Shown here in pieces: positions 1 through 10,769 of a stretch of DNA of 64,000 nucleotides (its first letter is position 1; every line of letters starts with the position of its first letter). The position numbers were made by a program, and so were the translations under genes. The DNA is from Eledone cirrhosa. Its lineage: Eukaryota. The stretch covers positions 8,618,001 to 8,682,000 of the forward strand of contig OZ024761.1 of assembly GCA_964016885.1 (NCBI GenBank). Direction: 5' to 3'. Below the pieces are notes generated by a model. The model was not told where the DNA came from, made no database searches, and saw only the letters and a program-made list of their open reading frames with translations.

Positions 1-156
1 GTTCCCAACCTTTTGTGTACCATGCTCCACCTCAACATCTCAAAAATTATTATGTCCTCTCCCCTTGATATGAAAACAGCGATGATCAACTGCAATGTGT
101 AAGCAAATTGGTGTTTAGGTGGTGCCAGATGCATGATAACATAACCCTAACCCTAA

Positions 157-555
157 CCCTTTAGCATTTAAACTGGCTGTACCCGCCCAGAATTCTCTCA
201 TCTCTTTCTGTTCAAACCGGCTGTAACTGGCCACTCATACTGATGTTAAGATATTATTCTCAAAATAAATAATTGTTTCTACTTTTGGCACAAGGCCAGC
301 AATTACCCAGTGCATTACTGGCACTTTATTTTATCGACCCCGTAAGAATGAAAGGCAAAGTTAACCATGGCAGGATTTGAACTCAGAATGGAAAAGGCCA
401 TAACTCTATGCACCAAAGCATGGCGTCCGACCCTCTACTGATACTGCCAATCCACTGCCATCTTAACTAATGCAGTCTCAAAATAAATAATATTAAAATC
501 TCATAGATTCGATTATTATGTGAGGTAAAGTGTTTACCGTAAAAATATAATAATC
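157..555 (-). mobile_element. piggyBac-like MITE copy, interrupted by a SINE
   Basis: Starts CCCTTTAGCATTTA; body matches the reverse complement of the copies at 7271-7900 and 22462-22669. Confidence 0.6.
274..475 (-). mobile_element. tRNA-derived Meta-type SINE with 16-bp TSD
   Basis: Minus strand has A-box TGGCAGTATCAG, B-box GAGTTCAAATCC and a GCCTTTCAT..GGGGTCGATAAAAT core; TCTCAAAATAAATAAT repeated at 258-273 and 476-491. Confidence 0.75.
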
Positions 556-646
556 TAAACTATAATAAAGTAAGGAGCGCGGGACTACGTACGGTTTATA
601 ATTTTTTATCCCATTAGTAAAATAAGTTGGATTACTTTGAATAAAT

Positions 647-832
647 AATTGTTTCTACTTTTTGGCACAAGGCCAGCAATTACCCAGTGCATTACTGGTA
701 CTTTATTTTATCGACCCCGTAAGGATGAAAAGCTAAGTTAACCTCGGCGGGATTTGAACTCAAAATGGCAAGGGCCGTAACTCTATGCGTCAAAGCATGG
801 CGTCCGACCCTCTACCGATACTGGCAATCCAC
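647..832 (-). mobile_element. Meta-type SINE copy
   Basis: Close copy of 274-475 with A/B boxes and core. Confidence 0.7.
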
Positions 833-1164
833 AATATTACATAATTTATCTACTAAATTTCGTGGCTGTTCATTAAATATATTTTGTTTATTTAAAGATT
901 CACTTCTTTAAAATTTCTGAAATGTCAACACTTCCGGTTGGCCATCACTTAAATAAACATACTAATTTTCTCCGAATGCAGTTTATATATAATATTGTCT
1001 TTTTTAATGTATCATGGATTACGTTACTGATTAAATAAGACAGTGTAACACAGTCTTCATTCAATTTCTATGTATTATATATTGTCAATTACGATTTTAT
1101 TTGATGTATCATATCTACATGTATATATACCTGCATATAATATCAATATACAGACTACACATGA

Positions 1165-1202
1165 TAGCAGAAAACCACCCGAAGGGTGGTTTTTCTGCTA
1201 GT
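1165..1202 (+). other. Hairpin ending in CTAG-T; possible Helitron-type 3' terminus
   Basis: TAGCAGAAAACCACCC-GAA-GGGTGGTTTTTCTGCTA-GT. Confidence 0.35.
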
Positions 1203-1547
1203 ATATATAATGTAAATACTAAAGGGTTGAATATTCAAATTGCCCCAATGTGTGGTGTGCACCCCACATTGGAAATCACTGTTCTAATACACTGTTTACT
1301 AGCAGGACCTGTGGAAATTCCACGGAACGAAAAAAATTAAGAGGAGCTATTTAAGAAAGAAAGGATGATTTGCATTTTTATTTCATATAAATCTTATTGT
1401 TGCCTGTGCAATAAATGATACAAAAATATACAATAACAATCTATACAATACTTAATGTACATATCATTTGTTAATATTTAATTCTATTGAAGCTGCAGGA
1501 TCACTATATAATTGCACATTCCTTATTACACAATATTTTATCATAAA

Positions 1548-2183
1548 AGATGAACTAAGTGAGAAATTAAGAATAAGAGGGATCAGATGCTGTTTACTTG
1601 AGAGAAGACTACGTTGGTATGGTCACGTGATGCGCTTGAAAGACGACAGCTGTATAAAAAAGTGCAAGGCGATCAAAATTGATGGTAGTTACGGAGTAGG
1701 CAGACCCAGAAAAACCTGGGACAATTTGATAAATTCCGACCTTACACACTTACACCTCTCTAAGACAATGTCACTGGACCAAGATCTTTGGCGCTACGCA
1801 GTAATACAGAAGACTCGCCTTGCCTAAGTACAAAGCGAAACCTACAGTCAGTAGGCACCTCTTAATCAAAAATACACCCCTTTCTCTGTAAAGTTATGTT
1901 GGTACCACAACATCCAGTCCTAAATAAATGAGATCGTGTAGGTGTCACGATAAAAAAACACACAGTCCACGCTGTAATGTGGCCGTGTAGGTAACACGGT
2001 AAAAACCTCCCGGTCCACACTGTAAATATGGTTGGTGTTAGGAAGGGCATCCAGCCGTAGAAAACCTGCCAGACAGTCCCATACGAGTGGGACACAGTGA
2101 CTCGACCAACCTTGCCTCAAGTGGGACAATTCTCGTCTAAACCCATGCTAGAGTGGAAGATAGACGTTAAACGATGATGATGA
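1548..2183 (+). mobile_element. 5'-truncated RTE LINE (ORF end, 3' UTR, (GAT)n tail)
   Basis: RRLRWYGHVMR...GRPRKTW motif; 3' UTR matches 51350-51734; ends in GAT repeats. Confidence 0.85.
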
Positions 2184-2734
2184 ATTACTTTACATTATAT
2201 ACAATTAATTTACACAAAACGATAGAGAATATAGAGAATGTTTATATATACATGATTAGTTTCAATTCCATTACAACTCTTTAACAGGGTCCAGATTTAT
2301 CTTAATATTTCCTGGCATACAATGTTCTTTGATACAGTTTTATTACCTCGCCTCCTTTGCTTATTAGAGTTCAATACTTTAATTTTTACATCTGACTGTT
2401 TGCGTACTTTTGAAAATGCAACATATAATTACCCATGGTTTAAATACTGGCTCAGGAAGGAACAGACCTACTTTATCATATGTTTGACCCTGGCTCTTGT
2501 TGATTGTCATAGCATTACTGGAAACTGGGCTCTTTCCAAAGTAAAAAGGATGTTAGGCTCACTGGGGGCTAACATCAGTCTCAGGATCAAAACACACCTG
2601 CCCATCAATGGACCATTGATATGAGAAGCTTTGATAAAATGTTTATACAATCCCACTACTTCTAATCTTGTACCATTGCATAATCCGTTCTGGATTGAAA
2701 TATTCCATAGAAGCATTATTATTGATCCTACTTT

Positions 2735-2884
2735 GCTTCATCCCATAAGGATGAATGGCAAAGTTAACCTCTGAATTCAAATCCCGCCAAGGTTAACTTT
2801 GCCTTTCATCCTTACGGGATCGATAAAATAAAGCACCAGTAATGCACTCGGGTAATTGCTGGCCTTGTGCCAAAAGTAGAAACA
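2735..2884 (+). mobile_element. Meta-type SINE with inverted 5' duplication, inserted in the Helitron helicase
   Basis: 20-bp TSD ATTATTATTGATCCT(A/G)CTTT at 2715-2734 and 2885-2904; 2740-2770 is an inverted copy of 2790-2820. Confidence 0.75.
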
Positions 2885-2969
2885 ATTATTATTGATCCTG
2901 CTTTTAATTGATGTTTGTGAGGCGGTATCCCAGAAGGTGCAAGTCAGTTCAGAAATTCAGTAGAATATC

Positions 2970-4196
2970 CACACTATAAAGTGGTCGTGTAGGTGTCATG
3001 ACAAAAAGCACCCAGTCCACGCTGTAAAGTGGTCGTGTAGGTGTCACGACAAAAAGCACCCAGTCCACACTATAAAGTGGTCGTATAGGTGTCATGACAA
3101 AAAGCACCCAGTCCACGCTGTAAAGCAGTTGTGTAGGTGTCACGACAAAAAGCACCCAGTCCACACTATAAAGTGGTCGTGTAGGTGTCATGACAAAAAG
3201 CACCCAGTCCACGCTGTAAAGTGGTCGTGTAGGTGTCACGACAAAAAGCACCCAGTCCAAGCTGTAAAGTGGTCGTGTAGGTGTCACGACAAAAAGCACC
3301 CAGTCCACGCTGTAAAGTGGTCGTGTAGGTGTCACGACAAAAAGCATCCAGTCCACACTGTAAAGTGGTCGTGTAGGTGTCACGACAAAAAGCACCCAGT
3401 CCACACTGTAAAGTGGTCGTGTAGGTGTCACGACAAAAAGCACCCAGTCCATGCTGTAAAGCAGTTGTGTAGGTGTCACGACAAAAAGCACCCAGCCCAC
3501 ACTGTAAAGTGGTCGTGTAGGTGTCACGACAAAAAACACCCAGTCCACACTGTAAAGTGGTCGTGTAGGTGTCACGACTAAAAGCACCCAGTCCACGCTG
3601 TAAAGCAGTTGTGTAGGTGTCATGACAAAAAGCACCCAGGCCATGCTGTTAAGTGGTTGTGTAGGTGTCACGACAAAAAGCACCCAGCCCACACTGTAAA
3701 GTGGTCGAGTAAGCAATACGGCAAAAAGCACCCAGTCCACGCTGTAAAGTGGTCGTGTAGGTGTCACGACAAAAAGTATCCAGTCCACGCTGTAAAGTGG
3801 TCGTGTAGGTGTCATGACAAAAAGCACCCAGTCCACACTATAAAGTGGTCGTGTAGGTGCCATGACAAAAAGCACCCAGTCCACACTGTAAAGCAGTTGT
3901 GTAGATGTCACGACAAAAAGCACCCAGTCCACACTGTAAAGTGGTCGTGTAGGTGTCACGACAAAAAGCACTCAGGCCACGCTGTTAAGTGGTTGAGTAG
4001 GTGTCACGACAAAAAGCACCCAGCCCACACTGTAAACGTGGTTGGTGTTACGAAGGGCATCTAGCCATAGAAACCAAGCCAAAATCAGTTGTGTGTGAAA
4101 GAATCACGGTGCCCCGAACTGATCCCTCACAAAGCGACAGCCTATCCTACCCATGCTATCGTGGAAGATGGACATTAAATTATGATGATGATGATC
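2970..4196 (+). repeat. 48-bp tandem array (~22 units) amplified from a retroelement-tail module, ending in a SINE/RTE-type tail with (GAT)n
   Basis: Unit CACTGTAAAGTGGTCGTGTAGGTGTCACGACAAAAAGCACCCAGTCCA; followed by GTTGGTGTTACGAAGGGCATC and a GAT tail; ATC present at both junctions; removing the insert restores helicase ETNRYSTEFLN. Confidence 0.9.
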
Positions 4197-4779
4197 TGTT
4201 AGTCTCTGAAGGGTCATCAGCGCTCACTCTATCTGTACCGCTGGGTAGTTGTCTGAGAACCTCTTCGTTGATCAATAGGCAATCATCATTCTTGGCAGAT
4301 AAAATGACTCGCATTCTTTTCTCTTGTTACATTGTATCGCTGAAAGTTTGTTTCACTAAAGGGTCATTTACACATGAGAATAGAGTCACTTCCACATCAT
4401 CTTCAGTTCTTCAATTCGAGTTGTTATTTCATTGCAAGATGTAGCAGCCACTTTGCAAACTCTCTTTGATCTTCTCTTATTATTGTTTAATGTAAAATGT
4501 TGAAAGAAGTGCCACAGATGGGAGTTTTTAAGAAGTATTTCTAATGTGGCTTCATGGGTACTCCTTCGTAATATTGGCAGCAGTTGCCTGAAGTCACCTC
4601 CCAAAAGCATAACCTTTCCTCCAAACACTTCATTGACACCAGTTGATGTCTTGAAGGCACTTGTCAATGGCATGAATTGCATAGAAAGGAATCATAAAAG
4701 CCGTCCTGTATTATGAGATTCAGCTTCTATGAGCAATTGTCATGGCCAGATGAGCCAGACAGATTACACACACTGGTTA

Positions 4780-5050
4780 GTGGAACAGTTCTATTTCCCA
4801 GCAGCAGTATAGATGCTATGTTGGTCCAAGCATCTATGGTGCTAAATGTACCAGTGTCATTTCTAACACACCTTTCCCCAACATCATGATTCACACTGAC
4901 TTTCAGGGAGCCAACATTGAGGGTAGTCCTGAGTTTTGTACCTTGCATAGAAGTTCTATATATCTGAAAGTGAAAAGGGTTGTGCAATTGCTTGACGACA
5001 GTAAAGGGGTTCTTGCACACGGCTACTCTAGCCACCCCACTACCATGTGC
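4780..5050 (-). mobile_element. Internally deleted RTE 5' fragment
   Basis: LRTTLNVGSLK (start of APE endonuclease) joined to DVGERCVRNDTG, homologous to the RT-upstream region near 49530. Confidence 0.5.
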
Positions 5051-5601
5051 AGCACTAACATAACTAGTGTTAGCCCTGTATACACAATTTGTGAGAGTTA
5101 TGTTTGTCATACTGCTCATGTTTTTAGCAGAGTTTTTCTAGCTGGATGCCCTTCCTATCATCAACCACCTTACAGTGTGGACTCTAAGAGAGGCTGTTTT
5201 ACTGGATTCAAGAGTCCCCTCCACCCAGTGTATTTTTTTTTATTTAGAGTGTCTACTCTACTAGACAGTTGGCCTTCGCTACGGATAACGGTGCCCACAG
5301 CTACTCCACGCAATAGTTTTTAATCAGAGTTACTGCCCGCCTAGATGGGTTGTCATCACCATGGCTTGGAGGGTTATGTCTGCCCCGTGTGGTCATTCTT
5401 AATTAGAGCCACTGCTCTCCTAGGCAGGCTACCTTCGTTTCAGGTGTGGGGTCCATGTCTACCCCAGGAGGTCATTTGTAATTTGGGGTCTCTACCCTTT
5501 TACATGACTTGCTGTCTCACTAGCTTACTAAGCTCAACATCTGACCCGTGAATCATAATCTTAATTTTCTCGAGGCAAATCAGCATTGTTTGTATGTATA
5601 T

Positions 5602-5811
5602 CCCTTAAATGTTCAAACCGGCTAGAATTCTCTACCTTTTTCTTTTGAAACTGGCTGTAACTGGTCACTCAAACTGATGTTAACGTATTGTTCTCAAAAT
5701 AAATACTTTCAAAATCTCATAGATTCAATATTATGTGAGATAATTATGTGAGGTAAAGCCTTTACCATGAAAATATAATAGTATATATAGAGTAATGTGA
5801 ATGCTAAAGGA
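5602..5811 (-). mobile_element. piggyBac-like MITE copy
   Basis: Same internal sequence as the other copies; ends GAATGCTAAAGGA followed by TTAA. Confidence 0.6.
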
Positions 5812-5998
5812 TTAAATATGTGTGTGTGTGTGTGTATGTATGTATATATATGATGAAAACGTTTTGAAAGTTATAAAAAATGTTAGCAATTTCTTTCTTT
5901 AGATTTTCATTTTAACATCAAAATTACATATGTGTGTATGCATGAGCATGTATATATATATATACATCATAATCCTCATCATTATTTTACATCTGCTT

Positions 5999-6160
5999 GT
6001 GGATTGGCAGTATCGGTAGAGGGTCGGACGCCATGCTTTCCAGCATAGTTACGTCCCTTACGCCGAGGTTGACTTTGCCTTTCATCCTTACGGGGTCGAT
6101 AAAATAAAGTACCAGTAATGTACTGGGTAATTGCTGGCCTTGTGCCTAACGTAGAAACAG
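5999..6160 (+). mobile_element. Meta-type SINE with 17-bp TSD
   Basis: TTATTTTACATCTGCTT at 5982-5998 and 6161-6177; A-box TGGCAGTATCGG and core present, B-box region deleted. Confidence 0.8.
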
Positions 6161-6289
6161 TTATTTTACATCTGCTTTCACATGCTGGCATTGTTTGGAA
6201 GAATCATTACAATACAAGTTAGTACATTCCAGAGCTACCGTCCTCCTAAGCAGGGCAGAGACCAATGTTACCCTCGTTTGCATTCCAGC

Positions 6290-6720
6290 TTTGGCATGGC
6301 TTCTACTGCTGAATACCCTTCAAAGAGTACTGGGTGTATTTTACAGTGACACCAGCATTAAGGGAATTTCTTATGCCCTTGACATCACTGAAGAGTCTTA
6401 TCAACCATTTGTTTCATGCGGGGTTTATAGTTGGGATGCTCTTCCTAATTTCAAACACTTTACAGAGTGTACTCGGTGCATTTTATAATGGCACAAGTAC
6501 TAGGAAAGTTGTCATGTCTTTAACACAAATGAAGAATCCTCTCAACTCTTTGTTTGGGACAGGTTTTATGGTTGGATGCCCTTCCTAATGCCAACCCCTT
6601 TACAGAGTGTACTGGGTGCATTTTATTGTGACATCAACACTAGAGAATTTCTCGTGCCCTTAACATGACTGAAGAGTTTTCTGAAATGAATTTTATGGTT
6701 GGATGCTTTTCCAAACACCA
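6290..6720 (-). repeat. Three diverged ~130-bp tandem copies of a retroelement-tail module
   Basis: Recurring GGATGCYCTTCCTAAT...TTTACAGAGTGTACTGGGTGCATTTT blocks. Confidence 0.55.
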
Positions 6721-6974
6721 TTCTTCCATGGCCTCAGTCCTTTTCCTCCCATTTATGGCATTTATAGCCCTTTCTTCTTTCCTATAGTCAGATCTGCCCT
6801 CCTCTATCCCTTGTCCCTCTGTTCGTTACGTGGCATCATTTTTATCCTTTTTTTCTCTCTCCTTTTCTTTCATATTTCCATCAATATTTGTAATGTTCCT
6901 TATACAACTGTGAATTTATTAATTGCCTGTAATTCTATTAAATAACAAGTTTTTGCATAAAATAAAGCATTTAA

Positions 6975-7168
6975 ACCTTTAGTATTTACATTACTTTATA
7001 TATACTATTATATTTTCATGCTAAAAGCTTTATCTCACACAATATCAAATCTATGAGATTTTGATATTATTTATTTTGAGAGCAATACCTAAATGTCGGC
7101 ATAATGGCTGGTTTGAACAAGAGGCGAGAGGATTCTGGCTGGATACGGCCGGTTTAAATGCTATTGGG
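6975..7168 (+). mobile_element. piggyBac-like MITE with TTAA TSD
   Basis: TTAA-ACCTTTAGTATTTA ... TAAATGCTATTGGG-TTAA. Confidence 0.7.
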
Positions 7169-7270
7169 TTAATAGAAAAAAATATTACTTTACTGAGTGT
7201 ACTGGGTATATTGTTTGCATGTATAGTAGACCATGCCTTTATGTAAAGTAGTCTACATTTGTGTGTTTAA

Positions 7271-7900
7271 CCCTTTAGCATTTACATTACTCTATATATA
7301 CTATTGTATTTTCATGGTAAAGGCTTTACCTCACATAATATTTACATTACTCTATATATACTATTGTATTTTCACGGTAAAGGCTTTACCTCACATAATA
7401 TTTACATTACTCTATATATACTATTGTATTTTCATGGTAAAGGCTTTACCTCACATAACATTTACATTACTCTATATATACTATTGTATTTTCACGGTAA
7501 AGGCTTTACCTCACATAATATTTACATTACTCTATATATACTATTGTATTTTCATGGTAAAGGCTTTACCTCACATAACATTTACATTACTCTATATATA
7601 TACTATTGTATTTTCACGGTAAAGGTTTTACCTCACATAACATTTACATTACTCTATATATACTATTGTATTTTCACAGTAAAGGCTTTACCTCACATAA
7701 CATTTACATTACTCTATATATACTATTGTATTTTCACGGTAAAGGCTTTATCTCACATAACATCAAATCTATGAGATTTTGATATCATTTATTTTGAGAA
7801 CAATACCTAAATGTCAGCATAAGCGGCCAGTTATGGCTGGTTTGAACAGAAAGAGGTGAGAAAATTCTGGCTGGATACATCCGGTTTAAATGCTAATGGG
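7271..7900 (+). mobile_element. piggyBac-like MITE containing ~8 copies of an internal 60-bp repeat
   Basis: TTAA (7267-7270) CCCTTTAGCATTTA ... TAAATGCTAATGGG TTAA (7901-7904); 60-bp unit TTTACATTACTCTATATATACTATTGTATTTTCAYGGTAAAGGCTTTACCTCACATAAYA. Confidence 0.85.
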
Positions 7901-8130
7901 TTAATAGAAAAAAAAAAATTACTTTACTGAATATACTGTGTATATTGTTTGCATGTATAGTAGTCTCTTCCTTTGTGTAAAGTAGTCTGTGTTTCTATTT
8001 GTTCATTTACATTTCATTATTCAGACTAAATCTAAACTTTTCTCAAATTTCCAGTTCCAGTTAGCCAGAAACTTTGCCTTCCTTTGTCACACATTACCAA
8101 TGTACTCTAGACTGAACCTACATCCTATTT

Positions 8131-8149
8131 ATGTGTGTGTGTGTGTGTG

Positions 8150-8196
<47 letters not shown>

Positions 8197-8201
8197 CATA
8201 C

Positions 8202-8240
<39 letters not shown>
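8131..8240. repeat. Compound microsatellite (GT)n(CT)n(AT)n(GT)n
   Basis: Read directly; similar TA/CA tracts at 34840-35080, 38472-38560, 51735-51885 and 52295-52540. Confidence 0.95.
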
Positions 8241-8244
<4 letters not shown>

Positions 8245-8514
8245 CGAGTGTACGTGTCATATATTGTACCAGCTTTCTGAACTTCCTTATCACTTATTAC
8301 ATATCTCACAATGCTTCATACTAACTATACTGCTTTATAAATATATATATAAATACATACAAACACACACATGTACATGTATACATACACATATATATAT
8401 AATTATTCCCCATACGAAACCATGGTAGGGTGATCTATATATAAGCAAGATTAGATAGAGTACTTTTTTTGTCTATGTTTTTGTACTCCCATAATTAGAG
8501 TTTTTCTCACTTAA

Positions 8515-8560
<46 letters not shown>

Positions 8561-8585
8561 ATTAAAATTATATACATGAATGTAT

Positions 8586-10015
8586 TGCCTAAGTACAAAG
8601 CGTAACCTACAGGCAGTAGGCACCTCTTAACCAAAATACACCCCCAACCCACTATCTCCACCCCTTTCTCTGTAAAGTTATGTTGGTACCACAACATCCA
8701 GTCCTAAATAAATGAGGTCGTGTAGGTGTCACGACAAAAAAACACACAGTCCATGCTGTAATGTGGCTGTGTAGATAACACAGTAAAAACCTCCCAGTCC
8801 ACACTGTAAACGTGGTTGGTGTTAGGAAGGGCATCCAGCCGTAGAAAACCCGCCAGACAGTCCTACACGAGCAAGACAACCAATCTTGCCTCAAGTGGGA
8901 CAATTCCCGTCTAAACCCATGCTAGCGTGGAAGATAGACGTTAAACGATGATGATGATGATGATGATGAATGGCAAAGCATAAATGTACTGAGAGAGACA
9001 CTAGGCATATGCGCTGGTATGGACATGTGATGCGTATGAAAGATAACAGCTGTATAGAAAGGTGCAGAGCACTCAAAGTTGATGAAAGCCATGGAGTGCG
9101 ACGACCTAGAAAGACTTGGGGTGGGGTGATAAAATCTGACCTTGCCCAATTGCAGTTCTCAAAGCCGATGACACAGAACTGAGATCTCTGGCGTTACACA
9201 GTAATACAAAAGACCCAACTTCCCATGGACACGGGCCAAGGATGAAGCATATGTATAAATATGCACCACCCCACCTCACCCCGCCCACTCCTACACATAC
9301 ATCCAGTGAAACCTCCAGCCCCCACTGTAAAGCACCAACCCCACACAACAAAAAGCACGAACCCCACACTGTCAAGTGGTCATGTAGGCGTTACAGCAAA
9401 AAGCACCCAGTCCACACTGTAAAGTAGTCATGTACAGCAAAAGGTGCCCAGTCCACACTGTAAAGTGGTCGTGTAGGTGTCACGGCAAAAAGCACCCAGC
9501 CCACACTGCAAAGTGGTCGTGTAGGTGGCACGGTAAAAGGTGCCCAGTCCGCACTGCAAAGTGGTCGTATAGGTGGCACGGCAAAAAGTGCCCAGCCCAC
9601 ACTGTAAAGTGGTCGTGTAGGTGGCACGGCAAAAAGTGCCCAGCCCACACTGTAAAGTGGTCATGTACGACAAAGGCCCACTGGGATCTACTGAGATTGG
9701 AAAGAAATGAACCCTGCATGCTCCGATGGATGGGTAACATTAGTATGCATGGATGATGAAATGTAAATGAACTGAAAGAGAAACTGGGTATAAGAGAGAT
9801 CAAATTCTGTGTGCAAGAGGAAAACTGCAATGGTATGGACATGTGATGTGCATGAAGTACAACAGCTGTATAAAAAGGGGCAGGGCACTTGAGGTAGTAG
9901 GGTGCCTAGAAAGAGGAAGTCCGAGGAAGAAGTGGGATGAAACGATAAAGGCTGACCTGGCTCAGCTGAACCTCTCGACGGAGATGAGCTGACACAGGAC
10001 TGAGACCTGGTGCTA
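8586..10015 (+). mobile_element. Cluster of RTE 3' fragments and tandem tail modules
   Basis: 3' UTR plus (GAT)n at 8586-8968; RWYGHVMR..RPRKTW at 9000-9230 and a degenerate equivalent at 9690-10015; 48-bp modules at 9345-9665. Confidence 0.75.
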
Positions 10016-10029
10016 CAACGCAGGCCAGC

Positions 10030-10745
10030 ATGTGCTTAGGAAGGGCACCCAGCTCTCAAATTACGGTTCCGTTGTGAGCAGGGTACGGTGCAGCCAACTG
10101 GCCAGACCCTAAGCATACCACCCAGTTCTACACTGTAAACTTGGTTGATGTTAAGAGAGATATACAACAGCCATAAAAACCCAGCCAACACACAGTCCCG
10201 GTATGTGCAAGGTACGGCATGGCCATCTGGCCAGACTTGCCTTCTAACAAGACAACCCAGTAATACGGCCCTGCTATGAGCAAGGCATGGCGCAGCCAAC
10301 TGGTCAGTCATCCCTCATAATGTGACCACCCAGCTTCCAATTTATGGTTCCGCTGTGAGCAGGGTACAGTGCAGTCAACTGGCCGAACCCTCCTCACAAC
10401 AGTGCCATCCAGTTCCCAATTTATGGTTCCGCTGTGAGCAGGGTATGGCATGGAAAACTGGCCAGACCCCACTCATAACAGTGCCACACTGTAAACATGG
10501 CTGATCAGCCTCACTATGAGCAAGGCATGGCACAACCAACTAGCGACCCACAGTAAACATGGCTGGTGTTTGGAAGGGCATCCAGCAGCAGTAAAAACCC
10601 ACCCAATACACAGTCCTGACATGTGCAAGGTACGGCTCGGCCTGGCCATCTGGCCAGACTTGTCTCATAACAGGACCACCCAGTTCCACACAGTAAATGT
10701 GGTTGGTGTTAAGAAGGGAATCCAGTTGTAAAAATCCCTGCCAAA
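10030..10745 (+). repeat. Diverged modular repeats (GAGCAGGGTACGGTGCAGCCAACTGGCC) interleaved with retro-tail motifs
   Basis: Several recurrences, with GAAGGGCATCCAGC-type motifs between them. Confidence 0.5.
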
Positions 10746-10769
10746 ATACGGTTCCATTGGAGAGTAGTT

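Larger units (their letters stand above)
1..1281. mobile_element. hAT (Charlie-like) non-autonomous DNA transposon with nested insertions; left TIR cut by window edge
   Basis: Window starts GTTCCCAACC; 1269-1281 TTGGAAATCACTG reverse-complements to CAGTGATTTCCAA, matching a CAGTGGTTCCCAA-type TIR; followed by TTCTAATA (Charlie-like target). Left TSD not visible. Confidence 0.45.
1299..4690 (-). mobile_element. Helitron 3' portion: degenerate PIF1-like helicase plus 3' hairpin-CTAG terminus, broken by three insertions
   Basis: Minus-strand motifs GGKVMLLGGDFRQLLP, ETNR|YSTEFLN..PSGIPPH..LKAGSII|MLLWN..GLCNGTRL, R.QFPV and the end NIVCQEILR* (stop 2297-2299); hairpin 1309-1325 lies 6 nt before CTAG (1299-1302), which is followed by T. 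Confidence 0.85.

Noticed and set aside
142-159. (TAACCC)3 telomeric repeat
   Set aside because: Only three units, merging into the TAA-CCCTTT end of the MITE; more likely local slippage.
5290-5560. Possible twister or HDV-like ribozyme in an RTE 5'-UTR-like segment
   Set aside because: Required conserved motifs not found by eye; needs a covariance-model search.
2970-7760. CRISPR-like appearance of the 48-bp and 60-bp arrays
   Set aside because: No unique spacers, no cas genes, eukaryotic context.
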